From assembly GCA_024679065.1 (NCBI GenBank), contig JAGIQG010000009.1, forward strand, positions 81,592,001 to 81,656,000: a DNA stretch of 64,000 nt. Direction: 5' to 3'. A program made the translations under genes and the position numbers. Origin of the DNA: Sphyrna mokarran. Taxonomy: Eukaryota. Every line of letters starts with the position of its first letter. Position 1 is the stretch's first letter. Below, piece after piece: positions 58,281-64,000 of the stretch. The notes beneath the pieces were generated by a model. That model ran no database searches. It had not been told where the DNA came from and saw nothing but the letters and a program-made list of their open reading frames with translations.

Positions 58281-61009
58281 GCCTCCCTAGTCATTTATTT
58301 CACACACAAACAGAAAATGTTGGAAAATCTCAGCAGGTCTGACAGCATCTATAGAAAGAGTAGAGCCAATGTTTCAAATCCAGAGTCTTGAGGAGGTGCG
58401 ACTACCCAGGAGATGCCACAGTGAGGGATAAGGTAATGGTTAAGCTGGAACTGGAACGCTTGGGATTTGTTTCAGATTTCAGCATGGGCAGTATTTTGCT
58501 TTTATTTTAGACATTTATTTTGTTGAATCTTTATTTAACCTGGTGAGTCAATTGAGAACCAATTCTCATTTACAACAACAGCCTGACCAAGAGGCGAATT
58601 CCGCGGCAACAGAAATTACAAAATATGATTGATTGAAAGACTAAAAACAGCCCAATACAAATTCACAGTGATAGAGAATTGATAGTTTAGTCACTACAAG
58701 GATCAGTTAACAGAGATTGAACCCTTCAGTGAAAGGTTTCCATGGACAGGATGAGATTCCTATTCGCAGGATTAGAGACTGACATTAATCACATCTTCTG
58801 CTTACAGATCCCTGATTCCTTTATGGTGACAAACTCTCATCGTGTGGGTCGGACCCTCACTGGTTATGTGTTCAGTCAAAGGTGGGACAGAATGTTAAAC
58901 ATCGACACTAGCCCAGACCAAATGTCTCGGGTTGCAGTGGAGAGAACCCTGATCACAACCAGAAAGTTTCTGGAACAAAGCAATCGAACAATCCCAAGGG
59001 AAAGGGGGCAGGTGAACCTGGTCAGAGGAAAGAGCAGGAAAGTGGAGGATTCAGTGAGAAATCGAGGGGAGATGGTGAGAATGCAGAATAAATGGAGGGA
59101 AGTAGGGAGGGTGACAGCAGCTGGTGAAATTGTTGGAGTCGAATAGTTAGTGTGTGTATTTGATGTTATCAGAGACTGTTGCTATCCAAAATGGTAGAGA
59201 TGGTGATTGTAATAAGTGGAGGAGACTGGATTTGGAAATAACTCATTAAAGGCTTTATTGATGAGAAGAAGTATTTCCAATGAAGGGTTTAACAACACAA
59301 GCAGACAGATCTATTACCAACAACATCCTGACTCCAACTGAAGCCTCCAGTCCCAGGAATGATCACCCTCACTCCCGATTGGCCCAGGTTCACACCCTCA
59401 CAGTCCATTGGCTCCGGTCTGGTCATGTGGCCTGTGAAGGATTGCCCCTTAAAGGGGCCAGGTTCACCCACTCCTTCCCCTGGAACATCTTGGACTCCCT
59501 GTGATCAAACAAAAAGTACAACAGTTAACACACAGGCAGAGAAACAACAGTATTACTCTCACAACTCAAGATCGCCTTTCTGTCCCCTTTCTGAGAGTCA
59601 CGATACCCTTTCTGAGAGGCTCGCTGACCCTCCATCCTCCCCAACAAATTTGGGAACAATAAATCTAAACAGGTACACAGGCACCGACCCATTAACAACT
59701 CTGCGGGTGTGACCCCGACATGACCCCAGTGATAGTGTGAGGTGTAGTGTTGTAGGACAGCAAATAACTGGCCAATCGCAATGGCAGCGATCCATGAACC
59801 TGCTTCACGTGGAGCCTTGAACATCAGCATGGCTCCACCGACCCATTCGAGGCAGGATGGTCAGGGGCTGGCCTGACATGACCAACGTCATTAGACTTGA
59901 TCAAAGTCTGAAATTCATCAGCGTGAATGCTGCTCCGTTGTCTGATAGCAACATTTCAGGAAGACCATGGATCACAAAGATCTGCCTCAGTTTATCGATG
60001 GTAAATGGAGGATGTGATGGGTCTCATGAGCTGATTCTCCAGTCACTTGGAATGGGCATCGACTAACACCAGGAACATCTGTCCAAAACCTACATGAAGC
60101 CGTGACCAAGGGACCATGTTCACTGATGGAGGTAACACTTGCTGAGTCGGACAACTCTCACACTGCCCAACCATTTGTTCAATGTCTCTGTCAATACCAT
60201 AACTTCTGGCCAACACTTTCATTCTGCTCTGGCCAGGATGGGCATCATGTAACTCTTGGAGCAGTGGCCATGCCCAGGGGGTTGTATGCTGACACAGACC
60301 TCTCCCACAATAGCACCCCCTCTTCACAGGGTATCTGGTGCCTGCAATGTAAATACAGCTTCATTTGCTCTGCCTTGTCAAAGTGCCACCCGGTCAGTAT
60401 CATTTTCTTGCTCTTTGCTAACACCAGCTGCCTATCTGGCCACATCTGAATGTGGGCTGCTGAGACAGTCAGAGTGTCCAAATAATGCAGAGTCAATACT
60501 ATCTCCTGTGGACTAGGCGGTGACGGTATGGTCTGTGGTAGCGGCAGGCGGCTCAATGCATCTGCATTTGAGATCTGTGTTCCCGGCCTATGCCGAAAGG
60601 TTTAGCTGTTTAGTGCCAGCAGCAAAGCCCATCTCTGCACCCTGGCAGAGGCAATAGGTGGCACTGGCTTAATGTCCTGGAAAAGTCCCAGTAATGGCTT
60701 ATGGTCTGACACAATGGTGAAATGCCGCCCATAGACATATTGGTGAAATTTATCACTGTGTGGATAATTGCTGGGCTTTCTATGTCAATTTGTGAGTACA
60801 TTTTGTCAACATTTAACAAAGTCCTCAAAAAAAATGAATTTGGCCTCTCCATCCCATCTGCCATTCTATGGGACAGAATTGGTCCAACAGAAACAGGGAT
60901 GACAGGGATCACAGGGAGAAGTGGGAACATCGATGTGGCGGTGCAGGCTCATTGGGTCGAAGGGCCTGTTTCCTGTGTTGTTTTGTTCTTTGTTCTTTGT
61001 TTTGACCTT

Positions 61010-61225
61010 GTTAGTCACTCTGACACTAAGGAGCAATTTAGCATGGCCAATCAGCCTACCTGCACATCATTGGACTATGGGAGGAAACCAGAGCACCCGG
61101 AGGAAACTCACACAAACATGGGGAGAACATGCAAATTCCACACAGACAGTGACCTGATGCTGGAATTGACCCTGTGTCCCTGGCGTTGTGAGGCAGCAGC
61201 GTTAACCACTGTGCCACCATGCCAC
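61010..61225 (-). mobile_element. V-SINE
   Basis: ggtggcatggtggcacagtggttaacgctgctgcctcaca head and a V-domain on the minus strand. Confidence 0.7.
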
Positions 61226-61461
61226 CCCTTTCACACTGAGGTGATTCTATTAATATTGGTGAGGTTGAAATCCACGAGTACTATATCCCTATTCCTCTCA
61301 CACCTCTCTCTGTGATTTGCCTACATAGCTGTTCCTCTATCTTCCTCTGAGTGTTGGGAGGGCTGTGCTATAATCCCATACAATGATTGCTCTTTATATT
61401 TCTCAGCTCCACCCATATGGCCTTATTTGAAGAGCGTTCCAATATATCCTGCCTCATTATC

Positions 61462-62100
61462 CAAGAAGACGTATGGTGTACTGGCCTTTATTAATACAGG
61501 AATTGAGTTTAGGAATCGGGAGGTAATGCTGCAACTTTATAAGACCCTTGTCAGACCCCATTTGGAATATTGTGTGCAGTTCTGGTCGGCTCACTGTAAG
61601 AAGGATGTGGAAGCTATTGAGAGGGTGCAGAGGAGATTCACAAGGATGTTGCCTGGTTTGGGGGGGCATGCCTTATGAAGATAGGTTGAGAGAGCTAAGT
61701 CTCTTCTCCCTGGAGAGACGAAGGTTGAGAGGCGACCTGATAGAGGTTTATAAGATGTTGAGAGGAATAGATAGAGTGGATTCTCAAAGTCTATTTCCCA
61801 GGGCTGAAGTGGTCACTACGAGAGGATACAGATTTAAGGTGCTGGGGGGCAAGTACAGAGGTGATGTTAGAGGTAAGTTTTTCACTCAGAGGGTGGTGAG
61901 TGAATGGAATCGGCTGTCGTCAGCGGTGGTAGGGGCGAACTCACTAGGGTCTTTTAAGAGACTTCTGGGTGAGTACATGGGAGTTAATGGGATTGGGAGT
62001 TACAGATAGTTCTATGGCCTGGTAGGTACTGATATGATCGGCACAATATGCGGGCCGAAGGGCCTATTTGTGCTGTCGTGTTCTATGTTCTATGTTCTAT
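61462..62100 (+). mobile_element. 5'-truncated CR1 LINE
   Basis: LQLYKTLVRPHLEYCVQFWS, FFTQRVVSEWN and a (gttctat)n tail. Empty site in the paralog at about 21010. Confidence 0.9.
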
Positions 62101-63399
62101 TATTGCAGTGATGGTCTCTTTAATCTCTTACATCCTCTCTTACATCTCCACCACCATCATGCCTGGAACTTCTATATCCTGGAATGTCGAGATTCCTGTC
62201 CTGTCCTTCTTTCCATCATATCTCAGTGATTACAACAATCTCATATTTCCCCAACTCTGTAAGTTCATCTGCCTGACCAGACAGGCTCCTTGTATTAAAA
62301 TAGATGCTGTTTCGCCTTCCAATCCTCCCATGTGCCTTATCAAGCCCAAGTCTTCCCTGCCTGCTGGATTGACCGACTTTTCCTTCTATATCTGACTGAA
62401 CCTCACTCCCAACTGTCCATCTACTGTGTGTTCATTCCCCCTGCAAAGAATGGCGAGGCCACAAATGATTCCGAATGGTTTGCTCGGGTCAAAGTGCCCA
62501 AGCAATGACGATGACAGGAAAGCTGGTTTGACTTTTACTAAAGTTTCTTTCTGTGTCTCTCCACAATTCCATCGCTGATGTTTGTTTAAAAGCTCAGGGG
62601 GGTGGGGGGGGCAGTGCAGAATTGTTGCTGAGTTCAGCAGGAACTTTCTAATTGAGGAAGCCATTGGGAATCCGGCGATCGGGAAGGGGGCCGAGAATTG
62701 GGGTATGAGGGGGTGGGAGCCATTGGGAAGGCATTCGGTTGGGGAAGGGGAGTAGGGGTGGGGGTCGGTATCGGTGATTGGATGGAGAGTTGTGGAAGGC
62801 ATCAGGGGCTGGCAACTAGGCAAATGGGGATGGGGTTGTCCATGGGGAGTCGGGGCCGGTGATTTGGGGGAAAGGTTGGGAGGCCAGTCGATTCGGGAAA
62901 GTGAGACGGGGGTGGGGGAGTCAGGGCCTGTGATCGGGGGAGTGGGGAATTAGATTGGGGAAGATATCACAAGGCAGGGATGAGGGAGTGTTGATCCTGG
63001 CCTCACGGGTGGGATTAACCCCATCCACTGGTGTAAATCCCTGGCAGATTTTGTGAAACACTGAGTGCTGGAAATTCAACTGACTAAATACATCCAGAAA
63101 ATGGTGGGAAAATGTCCTGTTTTCCTGCTGCAATGGACACTTAGTTTTTCAGGAAATTTGACCCCATTTTTTTGAGACAATAATGAACAAAGTGTACATT
63201 GGACATGACCCACTAATAACACTCTGTCTACCTTCAACTCATTGTTTAACCTCCAACCCATCTCCTGTTTCAATCCAGATGTTTCAGTCAAGGAGTCAGT
63301 TAGATCTACAACACAGGAGACCATTCAACCCCTCATGTCTGTACTAGCTGTTTTACTAGAGTCATTCACAGCTAACAGCTCAGTGTAATGTGTGTTTTT

Positions 63400-63850
63400 T
63401 TGGAAAGTGACTGGAGTGTTTTATTGGAGACAGAATGAGTGAGAAACATGAACTGATCAGAAAGAGTCAACACAAATTTTAAAAGATTCAGAGATGTTCA
63501 GTTAAGCTGCTTACATTTGTTAATCAGTCACTAATGTGCTCGATAAGGGAATATCTCTGGATATTATTTCCATGCATTTCCAGAAGACACTTGGGAAGGT
63601 GCCACACGAGAGGCTGTGAATAAAAATGGAAGTGTTTGGAATTTGAGGAAAGCCTTTGCCATTGATAAGGAATTGGTTCGGAGATAGGAGACAGAGAGTA
63701 GGGATACTGTGTGTATTTTCCAGTCAGCAAGCTGTGAATAGTGATGTCTCCAGGGATCTGTGCTGAAGCCTCAGCTTTTCACTATATTGGTCAATGACTT
63801 GGATGAAGGAATAGAGAATCACATATCCAAGATTACTGAGTACACTAAAT
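63400..63850 (+). mobile_element. Old CR1 RT fragment
   Basis: PQLFTILVNDLDEGIENHISK remnant. Confidence 0.6.
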
Positions 63851-64000
63851 TAAACAGCTTGGAGGAGGTTACAGAGATAGGGAGGGTGCAGAATAAGGAG
63901 GGATTTGAGAGGCAGGATAGGATTGTTAAAATCAGGGCATCGCTGGACCGGGGGTCAGTGTAGGTCAGTGAGAACAGCGGGTGACAGGTGAACGGGATTT

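Larger units (their letters stand above)
59208..62585 (-). mobile_element. Inverted paralog of the Gypsy remnant plus LTR (59208-59557), with inserted SINE/CR1 pieces
   Basis: SRLPLPQTIPS, LQELHDAHPGQSRMKVLARSY and LGHFDPSKP on the minus strand; reverse complement of 20495-23967. Confidence 0.8.

Noticed and set aside
61129-61136. Perfect octamer ATGCAAAT
   Set aside because: Lies inside a V-SINE copy more than 20 kb from the nearest V promoter in the window.

Overview
Eukaryotic, repeat-rich genomic DNA from a cartilaginous fish (shark-type immunoglobulin cluster organisation and elasmobranch-type repeats; the species cannot be determined from sequence alone). The window holds two tandem, unrearranged immunoglobulin light-chain mini-clusters on the minus strand. 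Each is leader-V-(12-RSS)...(23-RSS)-J-intron-C and resembles the kappa/type III (nurse shark NS4-like) class. Cluster 1 has C 1381-1709, J 12057-12091, V 13091-13388 and leader 13575-13623. Cluster 2 has C 29263-29591, J 37736-37770, V 38782-39081 and leader 39268-39316. The clusters are a segmental duplication (offset 27881 at the window start) and differ by CR1 LINE insertions, deletions and satellite expansions. The spacer between them (about 20.2-27.8 kb) recurs inverted at about 50.7-63.0 kb. Notable oddities: (1) an 11-copy 61-bp minisatellite rich in RSS-heptamer-like CACAGT sits inside each V-J interval; (2) both J segments lack the first Gly of FGxG (FSKG, FAKG); (3) CDR1 is almost wholly replaced between otherwise near-identical V genes; (4) the promoter octamer positions are degenerate; (5) a 44-bp unit expands from about 2.5 to about 109 copies upstream of V2 and carries forkhead/Ikaros/EBF-like motifs; (6) Penelope-type hammerhead ribozyme motifs are present; (7) one CR1 subfamily carries a V-SINE core in its 3' UTR. 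The remainder is CR1/L2 LINEs, V-SINEs, DeuSINE-like fragments and a decayed Gypsy LTR element. No prokaryotic features, CRISPR arrays, tRNA or rRNA genes were found.
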